Below are positions 12,966 through 26,679 of a DNA stretch of 64,000 nt, one piece after another. The position numbers and the translations under genes are program-made. This DNA comes from Chiloscyllium plagiosum. Lineage: Eukaryota. Numbering within the stretch: the first letter of the stretch is position 1; each line of letters begins with the position of its first letter. The stretch is from contig NC_057711.1 in NCBI RefSeq assembly GCF_004010195.1, positions 81,357,366-81,421,365 on the forward strand. Reading direction: 5' to 3'. The notes under the pieces were generated by a model. That model searched no databases and was not told the DNA's origin. It saw only the letters and a program-made list of their open reading frames with translations.

Positions 12966-14599
12966 ATGTGAGAAAATATGAGGTTATTCACTTCACTGAG
13001 AAAGAATGGTAAGAAATTATTGAATACTAATGTTCAGAGGGATTTAGATATCCTTCTTCAAAAATCACAAATTTAATGCACAGATGGAAAAACAGTTGGA
13101 GAAGTAAGTAACATATTGACATTTATTGTAAGATGAGTGCAGGATCAAGGAAGTCATGCTGTGATTCTACTTTGGTGAGACCTCTTCTCGGTTTTCTGTC
13201 AGATACCGTGACACTTGAGTTAAATTCCACTCCCCACTCCCATCCCACACAGTAACAGAATTCCACCAAAACCATCTCGTGTAACACAGATAAATTTCTG
13301 TAAAGCAAACAGAACAACTTATAGTTAAGGATTAAATGTGAAAGATTATATGGCGAAGTACAGACATAGATGAAACACTTTTGTTTTTTGTATAGCTGCT
13401 GAGATGGAGAAACTGTCGTGTGTAAAGCATGGCTAGTCAGGATTGACTAATGGGGATTGTAACATTAGATTGATATCCTAGAGTTTTGCTCAACTACCTT
13501 TGGGTGTCAAAGAGACATTTGACAGAGCTTAATCTTCCTGGAAGTTGTATCTGTGATTATTCACGTTCCTCAGGAGATGAAATAGATTTGGATAGAGTCT
13601 TCAATAGAACAAACTACACAGGATCTGCCAGTAAGAGTTCCATTGATAAGCGATAAAAGCTTGCACATTCCATATTTCATACAGCTCAAAATAACAATGC
13701 AAAGTAAAAAGATTGAACTTTTGCTGATTTCAAACACTGAAAGGCATTTCTTTCAACATGTGGCGTGCACAGAAAATAAAGGAGTGCCATTCACTATTAT
13801 TTGCAAAATTTGATGAAAGTGCAGTTATGATATAAATGTCCAATATGTTCAGCTAGTTCTACTAATTGATGTCTTGGAGTTCTTCAGGTGTTGGTGCCAG
13901 GAGTGATTCCTGATTCAGCAGTGAGTTCTTAAAATTGTCTGCCCCATCCTAGATCTGATGTAGGAAAGTTTGATGCTGACATAGAGAACAAAGAATAGAA
14001 ACTTTCCATTCCTCAGCATTGTTATTGTAAGACAAAAACACACTCATTAAAATTCTCAATGACTTTTTCCCACTGAAACATACAAATGGAATAAAATTCA
14101 GTAAACTGGTTACTCCATTCTGGAAAATGGCCAATCACTCATGAATTCAATTTTATCAGCTTCATTCTTAAAGATATTTATTAAGTTATTTATGCTGTCA
14201 TGACTTATCCATACAGTCTAAAACTTCTTGGTAATCCACTGGTTTTCGTCAGCGGGAACAGTAAGAGCTGGGTACCTGAAAATGTTAAATTTAAGAGCTT
14301 AATAGTTTCCTCTCTACCCTGAGAGTTGCTCTAAATTGTTGACCTGGTTGTCAGTTTTTCACTTAATTGGTCCCACTTCATTACAAAGGCAAATTCGATC
14401 TAAATGAATGACTAACTGGGTATGACTAATAAATATGATTCTGTACTGGTAGTACCTGAAGTCATTATTTCACCTACCACTGTGATAAACTGCAAAATCA
14501 AATGTAAGTTTTGTTATTTGCAAGCTGGTTCAGAAAAGTATTTGTAAAAGCTGCTGTATTGTTCTTGAAAACCCAAGTTGTTCACAGATGTTCTTTAGA

Positions 14600-17500
14600 C
14601 CAAGAGATTATTAGATGTTGGATTAGGATCAGGCCATTGGCACATCAAGTCTGCTCCACTATTCAATCATGGGTGATATATTCTCCCGTTTTCTCCCTGT
14701 AACCCTTGATACCTCTACCAATCAGAACATACTTACCTCTACTTTAAAGACATTTAACAACTTGGCCTCCACAGCAGTGCATTCCCAGATTCACCACCAT
14801 CTGGCTGAAGAAATTCCTCCTCATCTCAGTTCTAAAGGTTGTCCCTTCATTCTGTCTTCGGGTCATGGTCTCTTCTAGTAGTGGAAACATCTTCTCCACA
14901 TCTACCCTACGAAGACCACACAGTATTCTGTAGGTTTCTTTCAGATCCGCATCCCCCCGTCCCTCCACCCTCCCACCCCAATCCTTCTAAACTCCATCGA
15001 CTACAGACCCAGAGTACTGAATTGCTCCTTATATATCAAGTCCTTAATTCCTGGGACCATTCTTGAGAACCTCTTCTGGACCGTCTCCAATGCCAGCATA
15101 TCCTTCCTTAGATACAGGCCCAAACGTGTTCACAATGTTCCAAATGCAGTCTGATCAGAGCCTAAAATAGACTTAGTCTATCTCTGCTGTTGTATTCTAG
15201 CCTTTCTGAAATGAATGCTGACATTGCATTTGCTTTCCTAACTGCCTACAGAAACCTGCATGTCAACCTTAAGAGAATTCTGAACTCGGGCTCCTAAGTC
15301 CCTTTTTGTTTCAGATTTCAGAAGCCGACCCACCAACGTGCGTAACCTCACACTTTTCCACATTGTATTCCATGTACCACTTACTTTCCCACTCTGCTAG
15401 CCTGTCCAACTTCTCCTGCAGCCTTCCCACTTCCTCAACACCTGTCCCTCCATCTATCTTTGTGTCACCTGTAAACTTAGCAAGAATGTCTTCAGTTCCT
15501 TCATCCAGATTGTTAATGCATAACGTGAACAGCAAAGGACCCAACACATACCCCTGCAGAATTCCACTAGTCATTGCCTGCCATCATGAAAAGGACCATT
15601 TTATCACTACTCTCTGCCTTATGCCAGTCAGCCAATCCTCTATCCATGTTCACACCATGCCCCTAACACCATGGGCTCCTACCTTCTTTAGCAGCCTCCT
15701 GTGTACAACACATTGAAGGCCTTCTGAAAATTCAAATTGATCACATTCACTGGTTCTCCTTTGTCTGACTTGGTCATTACCTCCTCAAAAAATTCTAACT
15801 GATTTGTCAGGCATGACCTCCCCTTGATGAAGCCATGCTGATTTAGCCCAATTTTACCATACATTTCCAAGTATTCCATAATCTCATCCTAAATAATGGA
15901 CTTTGTAATTTCATCTTCAACCAAGGTCAAGAGGGTCAGCCTTATAAATTCCTGTCTTCTATCTCCCTCCCTTCTTAAACAGGAGTGTTACATTAATCAG
16001 TCCTCTAGCACCTTCCCTGATTCCAGTGATTCCTTAAAGTCTATGAAAGCCTCCACAATCTCCTCTGCTCTCTCCTTCAGAACTCTGGGGTGTAGTCAAT
16101 CTGGTCCAGGTTATTTATCCACCTTCATACTTTTCAGTTTTCTCAAGACATTTGCCTTAGTGATGACCACTACACTCACCTCGGCCCCTGACTCTCTTGA
16201 AGTTCTAGTAAGCTACTCGTGTCTTCCACTATGAAGACTGTATTATGGACCAGACCAAGCCTCCTCAAAATATTATAGGAAGCTGGCTAAGATCCCACCG
16301 TATAAGGTGCTGTATTCTGGACTCAATTTGATTGGTCAAACTACCAGGCTTGAAGCAAAACACACAGTATTTTTACACTACAGTAAAATTCGGACAAAAT
16401 AAGAATTTTAAAATTAGCTTATATTAACTACCACTGATTAGCCATTCCAAGATAGTAACAACCCAAAACACACTCTTGGCAGAGGCAAATTCAGTAAAAT
16501 AGATTGTCTCACAGCACCTTTCTTCAGTACAGGAGGAAAGAACATCAAGAGAAAATTCTGAGATAAAGAGAGAGAGAGAGCGAATTCAAGTGTTTTGCTA
16601 CAGCAAGGAGTGACATATAACAGCTTCCACATCCAGCTTCAGGACCCCAGTAACTATTGAAAATTAAACCAACATCCTAATTCTGTGAGAACTTGAGCCC
16701 AACTCTTCATCCAGTTTCTGTTGTTCGAATTCCAAAAGACCTTAAAGCCTCACAAGATGTTTACTTTATTGTTTTGGAACCAGAACACTTGACACCTCTG
16801 TCTCAACTTCTCTTCATAAACAAACCAAACAAAATACACCTTTTAAAGCCATAGTGTAATCATAACTGATGCAAAGTACTTATTCAGTCTGTCTGCCATT
16901 CAGTGTTTCTCATTGCTACTTCTCCAGCCTCAATCTCCAGTGATCTAATGTCTATTCTTATCTCTCTCTTATCTTTTATATATCTAAAATAATTCTATTA
17001 ATCTGCTTTTATATTAGTAGCTAGCTTAACCTAATATTCTATATTCTACCCCCATATTGCTCTTTTTATTGCCATCTACTGACTTTTAAAGACATCCCAA
17101 TGCTTTGCCCTCCCATTAATCTTCATCAAATCATGTGCTTTTCCTTTTGCCTTTATGATCTCCCTGTCTTCCCTTGATTTCCATTGTTGCATCACTGTCC
17201 CCTGGTATCTTTCTTCTTCATTGCAATGAATATTTGCTATGCCTCCTGAATTACACTCAGAAACTGTTGCTACTGCTTCTCCATCTCCCCTGCTAGGCTC
17301 CCTTTCCAATCAACTCTGTAAATTGTTGTAGTTACTATTACTTAATTTCAATACCTTTACATCCGGTTCAACTTTCTCCATCTCAAACTGCAGGGTTGAT
17401 TATGATGTATTTCATTAAGATGTATTCACTATCCCCTAGGGTTCCTTCACCTTAACCTCCCTCATCAAGTCTGCCTTATTCGACGTTACCAAATCCCGAA

Positions 17501-18440
17501 CTGCCTCTTCCTGCATGGACTGTAACACAACGTGCTCCAAAAAAATCTCATGACCTTCCACGTATTCCTTTTCTTGCGATCTGCTACCAACCTGGTTTTC
17601 CCATTCCACCTGTATATTGGAGTCCCCCATATTTAACATAATAGTGCCTTTCTTACGTGCCTTTTCTATCCATTAATTTATTTTCTTCACTACATTCTGC
17701 TACATTCTTCACTACTGCTGCTCAGTGGTCTGTACATAACTCCCATCAGGGTATTTTTTCCATTGTGGTTCCTTAGCCTTAACCACACAGATGCTATGCA
17801 TTCCGACCTTATTATTACTTCTTGTGATCAATTTAATTGAATTTCTTAATAACAAGGCAAAGCCACCTTCTCTACCCATCTGCTTGTCATTTCAATAGCA
17901 TGTGTATCCTCGGATATTTAGCTCCCAGCCCTGTTCCCCTTGTCGCCACATCTCTGTGATACCCACAACATTGTACTTGCCAATTTCAATTTGCACTACA
18001 AGTTCATTGACCTTGTTTCGTAAACTGTGCACATTTATGTACAACACTCCCAGTCCTGTATTAATTGCTACTTCCCTTTCTCATATTTATCCTCTTTTCT
18101 GCTGTTCCCAAAGTTAGATTCCTAACCCTTTCCATTTTCTCTATCCTATTTCTTGTTCCCGAAAACTTAACAACTTCTCCTGAGCTTTCCTCGCCTTAAC
18201 TTATTCAAAGTCCTAACCTACTCAGTGACCAACCTATTCAGCCTTTCCACTCAGAACCTGGTCCCAAACTGGTTCAGGTGGAGTCCATCCCAATGGTACA
18301 GTTCCTTCCAGTCCCAATACTGATGCCAGTGCCCCACAAAATGGAACCTTTCTTTCCCACACCACTCCTTTAACCACACGCTTGTTTCCCAAATTTCCTT
18401 AGTTCTATGAAAATTTGTAGGTGACTCAGGTAACAATCCA
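14600..18440 (-). mobile_element. near full-length decayed CR1 (ORF1 esterase, ORF2 EN/RT)
   Basis: ORF1 SGNH-like WLKEWCGKERFHFVGHW...DGLHLN (18251-18481); EN region (MGDSN, DLVTSN); RT QHGFIKGRSCLTN, LGPLLF, KFTGDTKI; 3' UTR near 14620. Confidence 0.85.
16239..16866. mobile_element. probable solo LTR inserted in CR1
   Basis: CR1 sequence gaagactg|atgcaaag is split by ~630 bp of unrelated sequence starting TGT, with short terminal IR-like ends (tgtattatg...cataac). Confidence 0.5.
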
Positions 18441-18744
18441 GGAAAAAGAACTACTATCTCCGCAGATACATTCAGCCACAATCTGAGTGGTTAACTCATG
18501 ATGCTTTCAGAGTAATTAGGTTATGACCAATCATGACTGATTCATCGCATTTCCTACACTCTAAGAGCTTTATGTTTTTAAATGCTGTTTTGTCGCCCTG
18601 CTCCCACAGTTTACTAATTTAAATGGAAGGGTTTTCTTGAAGCTGTTATTTTTTTTTCATTTGATGCCATTGAAGGAATTCTCTCACAGGATTCCATCAA
18701 AGAGGACAAAGAAAAACAAACAAAAGATGTAATTTCTCTCAGCT

Positions 18745-19050
18745 GGCAGTGAGGCAAACTTACTGCATCCACCAACATGCTATTGACGGTAACAACAGGC
18801 CCATGCGCAACTATGTTGAAATGACGGATGAGAAACGCTTCTTCAGATTCAAGGGCACATTGTGCAATCTGTTACAAGAAGGTATATAATCAACTGCCAA
18901 CATAGGGAATAACAAGGACAGTGGCAATCAAGATTAGCATTTTTCTCAACTTTTATTATGCTTAAGTTCTACTGTGTTCTTAGCAGTGAATGTCTCTCAA
19001 GCAATCATGCATTCCAGAGCAGTTTACAAACCAGATAAGGCTTCCTCCAT
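18745..19050 (+). mobile_element. Harbinger transposase N-terminal fossil
   Basis: RPMRNYVEMTDEKRFFRFKGTLCNLLQE then VAIKISIFLNFY, resembling the HARBI1-like N-terminus. Confidence 0.55.
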
Positions 19051-19442
19051 ACTGCACAAGCCAGAAAAGAGGTCGTTCACAAGGATTACTGTGGGACCAC
19101 ATCACTTCCATATACTATTTTGACTAGAGAATAGCAGTACAATTTAAAAGTTGGGCCACTTAGCTTTTAGTTATATCATTGACTTGTTCGAATCTGCATT
19201 CTCTCAAGACTCCAACCTCAAGTCTGCACTTGAACAAGCACAAGTAAATGAGTGAGTTGTTATTACTAACACCTTTATCAATGTCCAAAGTGGGTAGAAG
19301 AAGGCATTTTTATAGTGACAAATAATGAGGTCACAGCTCCAGCACAATTGAAAAAACAATCAACTTGCAGACTCTTACTACCTCACCTCTGTGTCTTGAT
19401 TGACTTTCTTATTCTACCTTGCTGTTCTCATACCCACAATTC

Positions 19443-19585
19443 AGTTGAAAATCACACAACACCAGGTTACAGTCCAACAGGTTTACTTGGAGGCACTAGC
19501 TTTCGGAGCGCCGCTCCTTCATCAGATGGTTGTGGAGGACACAATTGTAAGACACAGAATTTATACCAAAAGCTTACAGTGTGAT
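19443..19585 (-). mobile_element. Penelope pseudo-LTR fragment
   Basis: Reverse complement of the 1940-2080 terminus. Confidence 0.8.
19493..19528 (-). ncRNA. minimal type I hammerhead ribozyme motif
   Basis: Minus strand cat-CTGATGA-a-ggagc-ggc-gctcc-GAAA-gc-TA-gtg, with perfect stem II. Confidence 0.7.
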
Positions 19586-20154
19586 TCTGAACAATTCAGT
19601 TGTTCAGTCAGAGTATAATTTCTCCTTCAATGTTCCATTCCACTACTGCAAGACAAACTCAGCACACAAAACTCTGCCAAAATCAATTTATATTCATTAA
19701 TATGAAAGTAAAGCAACAATTGCATGCTTCAAAGTGGTTAATGCAATACAGAATAGATAATGCACTGACTCACACTAATGATGCAGAAGCGATAACAGAA
19801 ATTGCTGGAAAAACCCACTAAGCCTGACAGCATCTGTGGAGGGAAAACAGTGACCTTTCTTGATACCTGCATACTTAAAGCAGCTGTTATGTTTGATCAA
19901 ATCATGAAAACGCATGGAGGAACATCAAGCTAGCCCTTAGGAACCAACTGATGAATATAAGCCCATGTTCTCAGCACCTTGCTGTATGGCTGTGAAACAG
20001 GGGATAGATTTTGCATTTAGAAATTGAGAATACTGTCATTCAATGCATGTTTAAAATCCAGCATGATTCTGTGGAAGGCTCTTCCTGCAATGTGGAGTAG
20101 AGAAGAAGGAGGAAACCAGCTGGCCAAGGACAAGCTCGCCTATGATCTAGTAGT

Positions 20155-21603
20155 TATAAGGGTGGGAGGAGGTGTACTCTAGGTAGCTGTGGGAGTCGGT
20201 CGGTTTATAGTAAATGTCCGTGTCGATTCGGTCACCCGAGATAGAAATGGAAAGGTCTAGGAAGGGGAGGGAGGAGTCTGAGACGGTCCAGGTGAATTTG
20301 AGGTCGGGGTGGAAGGTGTTGGTAAAGTGGATGAACTGTTCAACCTCCTCGTGGGAGCATGAGGCAGCGCTGATACAGTCATCGATGTAGCGGAGGAAAA
20401 GGTGGGGGTGGTGCCAGTGTAGCTGCGGAAGATGGACTGTTCCACATATCCTACGAAGAGGCAGGCATAGCTGGGGCCCATGCGGGTGCCCATGGCAACT
20501 CCCACAGCTACCTAGACTACACCTCCTCCCACCCTGCCCCCTGTAAAAACGCCATCCCATATTCCCAATTCCTTTGTCTCCGCCGCATCTGCTCCCAGGA
20601 GGACCCATTCCAAAACTGTACAATCCAGATGGCCTCCTTCTTCAAGGACCACAATTTCCCGCCAGACGTAGTCGACGATGCCCTCCACCGCATCTCTTCC
20701 ACTTCCCGCTCCTCCGCCCTTGAGCCCCGCCCCTCCAACCACCAACAGGACAGAACCCCACTGGTCCTCACCTACCACCCCACCAACCTCCATGTACAAC
20801 GTATCATCCGCCGTCATTTCCGCCACCTCCAAACGGACCCCACCACCAGGGATATATTTCCCTCCCCTCCCCTATCAGCGTTCCGAAAAGACCACTCCCT
20901 CCGTGACTCCCTNNNNNNNNNNNNNNNNNNNNNNNNNNNNNNNNNNNNNNNNNNNNNNNNNNNNNNNNNNNNNNNNNNNNNNNNNNNNNNNNNNNNNNNN
21001 NNNNNNNNNNNNNNNNNNNNNNNNNNNNNNNNNNNNNNNNNNNNNNNNNNNNNNNNNNNNNNNNNNNNNNNNNNNNNNNNNNNNNNNNNNNNNNNNNNNN
21101 NNNNNNNNNNNNNNNNNNNNNNNNNNNNNNNNNNNNNNNNNNNNNNNNNNNNNNNNNNNNNNNNNNNNNNNNNNNNNGTAAAGGATGGTGCGCCGCCTCA
21201 GCGGTGTAAAGGTCGGTGCGCCTTCAACCACAAGGGATGAACTCAGATTTCTCCAGTTTCCTCATTTCCCCTCCCCCCACCTTGTCTCAGTCAAATCCCT
21301 CAAACTCAGCACCGCCTTCCTAACCTGCAATCTTCTTCCTGACCTCTCCGCCCCCACCCCACTCCGGCCTATCACCCTCACCTTGACCTCCCTCCACCTA
21401 TCGCATTTCCAACGCCCCTCCCCAAGTCCCTCCTCCCTACCTTTTATCTTAGCCTGCTGGACACACTTTCCTCATTCCGAAGAAGGGCTTATGCCCGAAA
21501 CGTCGATTCTCCTGTTCCTTGGATGCTGCCTGATCTGCTGCGCTTTTCCAGCAACACATTTTCAGCTCTGATCTCCAGCATCTGCAGTCCTCACTTTCTC
21601 CTC
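20155..21603 (+). mobile_element. Penelope-like element with inverted 5' part; contains N gap
   Basis: Minus part GVAMGTRMGPSYACLFVGYVEQ and LRYIDDCI; plus part MASFFKDHNFPPDVVDDALHRISS...PLVLTYHP; pseudo-LTR end 21470-21603. Confidence 0.9.
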
Positions 21604-21604
21604 C

Positions 21605-22290
21605 AGTTGTATTGATGTCCACTTTTGGTGTCACAAATGACTATTGCTTTGAGTTTCTTCACCTCCAGAGTATTTCAGGCATCACATTAAGAACATTAAG
21701 TTTGATGATTGTGATCTATCACTGTATGAAGATTTTTAGGAGGCCTTAGTCAGGCCTGACCCTGAGTACATCTCTTTTATCAGTGGCAGTTCCATTCATA
21801 CTGGAATCTGAGTTTTACTTGCATGGTTAGGTTTCCAAAGAAGAATCATAAATTTACATGTGACTCTAAAAGTTCATCTGGACAAACAGGACCATTGTCA
21901 ATAGAAAAGGATTTAATTTGAGGAATACCTAGCTAATGCGTTATTGTAAACAATGGAAAATGTTACTGTCCATTATCCAAGGAGTAATCGTGATGGATAC
22001 TGACTTTGGTCGTCTCAGCTTACAGGCATATGTAGTAGCCTTGAACCTTTGCCCGATGAGCAATAAAAATTGCCCCCAAAGGAAATGGATGATAAGCCCT
22101 GTAAGAAATCCACACACAGAGTCTGAGAGCTGATTTAACAATAGCCCTTCACAAGTGTCATCATTAATTAGACAATTAACCAGACAATTGATCAGTTCAA
22201 AATGCCTTTTGGATGCATAGGTAGATGAGATAGCACTCTACAATATACACCTGCTAGAGACTTAGTCATTGTGCTTTGCACAATGAGGGG
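21605..22290 (+). mobile_element. Harbinger DDE transposase fossil
   Basis: MTIALSFFTS, GFP, VNRKGF, CPQRKWMISPVRNPHTESE, QTIDQFKMPFGC, LQYTP, CALHN appear in the expected order. Confidence 0.75.
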
Positions 22291-22635
22291 AAGCCATGGC
22301 AGGGAAGGTCTGACAGATACAGCCCTATCATCTTAGGGTGAGTCTGGTAATGAGGAGGTGATCCATGCTCGCCATCTGTCCACATATGGTCTACAGAAGA
22401 GTTGGGATGCTAAGGAGATGTGGGATTCTTTTCCCTATTATTTCCCTCACATAGATACCAGGGCCCCTTGTACAAATACCAGTGGACAGCAACTACATAA
22501 GGCTGATCAGAGCGACTCACATGAGCACTAACTCCCTTAAACGGCATGCAGTCTATCCAAATCAAAACTATCACACAGCACACATGAAACACTATTGAAC
22601 TGCAGCATCAATTGAAATGATGGAGATAGATGGTG

Positions 22636-23490
22636 CCATTGTGGGATGTCACTAGACTAGTAATTCAAATGTCAAGGCTAGGCTCTGGGGACATGGGTTA
22701 AAGGCCCATATGAAGGTTGGTAGAATTTGTGTTCAATGCATAAAATATGGTACAAAAGCTCGTCTCAGTAATGGAGATCAAGAAACTAGAATGATTTGAT
22801 GCTAAAAATCCAACTAACTCACTCATAACTTTTACTGAAGGAAATCTACCATCTCTACCCTGTCTGGTTCACGTGTGATATAAATGCTGACCATTGTTAC
22901 TCAAAGCTCATGAGAATACATCGAAAAGGAACTGACCCTGCTATCTAAATACTATGACAACAAGAATAGAGTTTGGGTATTGTGCAGGAGTAACTGAATC
23001 CTCGTTTACCTAAAGCCTTCAGGATACCAGTCAGGAGTGTCATGTATTATTACATTTGGTTAGATGAGTCCAGCTCTAAAGACATTCATGAAGCTTCACT
23101 CCAGCCATGCATCAACTTCAACATTCACTCTCTCCACCACCAAGAGACAGTGGCAGCAGTATTCACCATCTACAACATGGAGCAAATTAATTTAGCAAAG
23201 TTCCTTGGACAGTACCTTCCAAAATGTGACCAATGTAGGGTGGCATCCGCTTGAGAACACCACCAGTGGCAAGTTCCCCTATGCATCATCCTGACTTCAA
23301 GCTGTATCACTGTCTCTTTAGTGTCATTGGGTCAAATTCTTGGAACACTCTTCCTAACAGCACCATGAGTGAGCCTTCACACATTGATTGCAGCCGTTTA
23401 AGAAGGCTGTATACTACCACCTTCTCAGTATGAGATGCTCAATAAATGCTAGTATTGCGAGTGAGACTGTAAGCATTTCATGAATTAATT
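22636..23490 (+). mobile_element. decayed SINE plus CR1-like 3' fragment
   Basis: gtcactagactagtaat...ggaaatctaccatc SINE-like head; IHSLHH motif and tail shared with 26910-27320 and 55900-56370. Confidence 0.5.
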
Positions 23491-24194
23491 AAAAAGTGTG
23501 ATTCATGAACTTTTTATAATTTTTTTTGGATAATGTAGTATGTTTCTACGCCCTCGGAAGAATTTATGGTGAAGCCTGGCATGGCTTTGCAGATGCCCTC
23601 TGTTGCCTGAGAATATGACAACCCCAGCATGGTGAGAGTCACCTTCACAGTGGCCCCTTTGAAATACACCCTGAAAGGTGGACACTGACAGTGGCAGGAG
23701 CTGCTCAGCTGCCCTTTAATTTACCACTTGGCTGACCCTTCTTTCCTGAGAGGTAAAGCATTTGAATATGTTCAAGACCCCTCACAGCCCTTTCACCCTG
23801 TTCTAGGCACCTGACTTCAGATAGAATACAAAGGCCACAACGCAAACACAGTATCCTATCAATGACCCCTTAGGATAATTGCCAACTCTCACTGGAGAAA
23901 GCCATGCATTTCTTAATGCCTCTTGCTAACTAACTGACATTGCAGTTCCACTTAAAACCCCGTTGCCAGGCATTGTGGTTTCTCTGTTTCATGCTGCCTT
24001 GTGATGATGTATGATGCCATATCTAACACACATCACATGTTCCAGATAAATCCATCACTGAATGATATACTCTTGCTGTAATCTTTTACAGAACCATAAC
24101 TAAGTTTTGTTGGATGACCCCATGACTGCTGACCTCTTCTACAAATGCCATCTAGGCTGCTTCAGTCTGACTAGTAAGACTTCACTTTCTGTTT

Positions 24195-24690
24195 AAGAAC
24201 GTAAGATCATACTCAGAGCAGGTGTAGACAATTTAGCCCTTCAACCCTGTTCCACCATTTAGTACAATCATTGCTGATCTCACCTTTGTCTCAACTGCAC
24301 TTTCCATAATCCTTTAAGCAGAGACTAATGAAAGATTTGTCTATCCCTTCCTTTAACTTATTCAGTGTCTTGGTATCTATGGCAAACTCGGGTATGGAGT
24401 TCCAAAGATTCACAACTCTTTGAGAGAAGTAATTCCTCCTCATCTTTATTTTAAATCTGTCACCTCTTAGTTTAAAACTATGACCTCTCATTCTAGATTG
24501 CCCCTTAAGGGAAAACATCTATATCTACTTTGTCAATCCCCTTTTGCATTTGTGTACATCAATTAGATCTTCTTTCAATGTTCTATACTCCAATGAATAA
24601 AGACCCAAACTGCTCAATCTCGCCTCATATGACAAGCTTTTCATCTCTGGAATTGATCCAGTGACCCTTCTCTGAACTGCCTCCAATGCA
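24195..24690 (-). mobile_element. CR1 3' fragment
   Basis: ORF SRMRGHSFKLRGDRFK...NYFSQRVVNLWNS. Confidence 0.85.
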
Positions 24691-24699
24691 GTAATAGCC

Positions 24700-25913
24700 A
24701 TGGGAACCTAGGCAGGTATCAAGACCTGTTTGATCATTCAGAGCATGGAGGAAGGCTCTCCTGGAGCCTTATGAAACCTTCAAGCCAGGCTTGGACACAG
24801 TCCGTCAGAGGCTGCTGGATCCATTCTTTCAGCCACCTATAGACAGTCAAAGTAAGTTAAAGAGCAGGAATTAGATTTTTTCCTAAGCACTTCTTACTCA
24901 TAAAGAAAATAGGACAGGTGTGTTCAAATGTTATTACCTGCCTGACAAAGATCCAGAATAATACTCTAAAGTAACACAACATCCAACATCTAAAAGCTAC
25001 AGGACATCCCAATGGAAGTGGACACCCTCACCTGTCCAACTGAGCTTGGGAACACCATCTGAGTGGAGACAATCACAGAATCTCGCGCAGGGCATGGCCT
25101 GAGAAGATGGACCCTAGTCCAACCCATTGCAGAACCCCACAACAAAGCTGAGTCTCAGCCAAGTAGCTAATCAGTTGTTGAGGATCTGGACTGGCAAGCC
25201 ATTCCCATTGCTGTCAGTATGCAGACTCTGTAAAGTGGAAGCAGGAACACCAATGCTGGCCAAATGCTACCTCTCAGTGAGAGACAATGTAAGTCAGGGG
25301 ATGAAGTTTGGTGCCAGAGTCATGGAAATGGCCCTTTATGGGTACAAGGTGAATTTGATGTGAGGTCAGGTCCCGTGATTTACAAAGTTCGTGTAAGTGA
25401 TACAGTCCTGAACAAACACATGGATCACCTGAAAGCTGTTATCTTGCAAACAGGGCAGGAGCAAAACAAACCAAGCCCCTCAGAACAGCCAAAAGGCCCG
25501 GCAGAGCCTGCAGGTGTGCCCCTTCCGTCTCGTGTCAAGGAAACCTAAGAGTCTGAAATGGATGCAGCCTCAATACTGTTACCAATGGAAGAAGAGGAGG
25601 AAACACTTCCAAGATGTTCCATACATACGAGATGGGCCACGCTGCCCATGTCTGAGTCCAAGTCAGATGAACCTTATGTGGGGCAAAAATGTCACAACAG
25701 AAGCTACATCCCCAGACCTGGGTGGGAAGGAATGTAGTGATTGGTACCAGGTGGACCTACTAGAGGAAGTCTTGAATGACCAATATAATCAGGAGATTAG
25801 AATCTCCTCAGTTGAGGACTGACTCCAAGCTGGCTGGCCACAGCAAGTGTACTGTGCGCTAGCAAATGAAGGATGAATTGGTGACAGGAACCGGCTTCTG
25901 TGCAGTTATTTCA
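24700..25913 (+). mobile_element. Gypsy-like LTR retrotransposon remnant with 3' LTR
   Basis: Integrase C-terminal-like GDEVW...W..G...RSGPVIYKV...NKHMDHL; purine-rich tract 25720-25732; TG...CA LTR candidate 25733-25913. Confidence 0.65.
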
Positions 25914-26679
25914 GTATACCTCCTCTGTCCACAGATGTACTATCATTCTCCCTCATTGAGTGCGCTGCCCAACATTCCACTCAGATGTTGGCTAACTTCC
26001 TGCAGTCAGCCAGCAGTGTCCACAAGATGTGTTTATTCAGTCAATAGGAGTTGGCAATTCATGCAATCCTCGGTCAGATTCCCCTACCAAAAACTGTAAA
26101 ATTCACCCGTTGGATGACTTATGGATAATCAGGAAAGAAGCTCAACACTTTCCATTTCCACCCTGAAGTGCATTATGGAGATGAGATGGAAGGCAAACAC
26201 ATCTTTCTGTATGATAAGGCAGCTGCAAACAGACAACCGCCAGGACTTTCAAAGATCCCCTTCACACATTTTTTTTCAAATTTGACATTTAAAACCCTAG
26301 ATATTGATCATTAAGCATTTGGAGTCACTCGCTGATGACAGAAGAAAATGTTAGCACTCTATGTTGGCTGTGGTGCCTCTCATAATTACCAGTGGCTACA
26401 CCAACTTGGCAACAGGCACTAATGGTGTAAAAAACAACCCCCAACTACATTTGGTTGTTTTATGTGTGAAACCTCTCAAGGATTAGTCTGTTCAGACATG
26501 AGCAAATGTGTACCATTTGAAGACACCCCATTTAAAATGGATTGTTTGCTGTGTGACTATCATCTTGCAGGGATCAAAAGATCTCAAGGTAATGTGGATG
26601 ATGAAAAGCATTACCGCAATAATACTGGAACTAAGAGTCTGTAACGATCAATGAAAAAGATTGTGAAGCTTGATGGTTG

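Noticed and set aside
14200..14290. Minus-strand acceptor ttttcAG at 14276-14277
   Set aside because: No matching donor, early stops in all frames, no recognisable product
18763..18867. Apparent 105-nt minus-strand exon (IAQCALESEEAFLIRHFNIVAHGPVVTVNSMLVDA) with AG and GTAAGT
   Set aside because: The plus strand is better explained as a Harbinger transposase N-terminus, so the splice signals are probably chance
21178..21225. Short imperfect repeat gtaaagg..ggtgcgcc (x2)
   Set aside because: It abuts an assembly gap and is likely low-quality contig-end sequence
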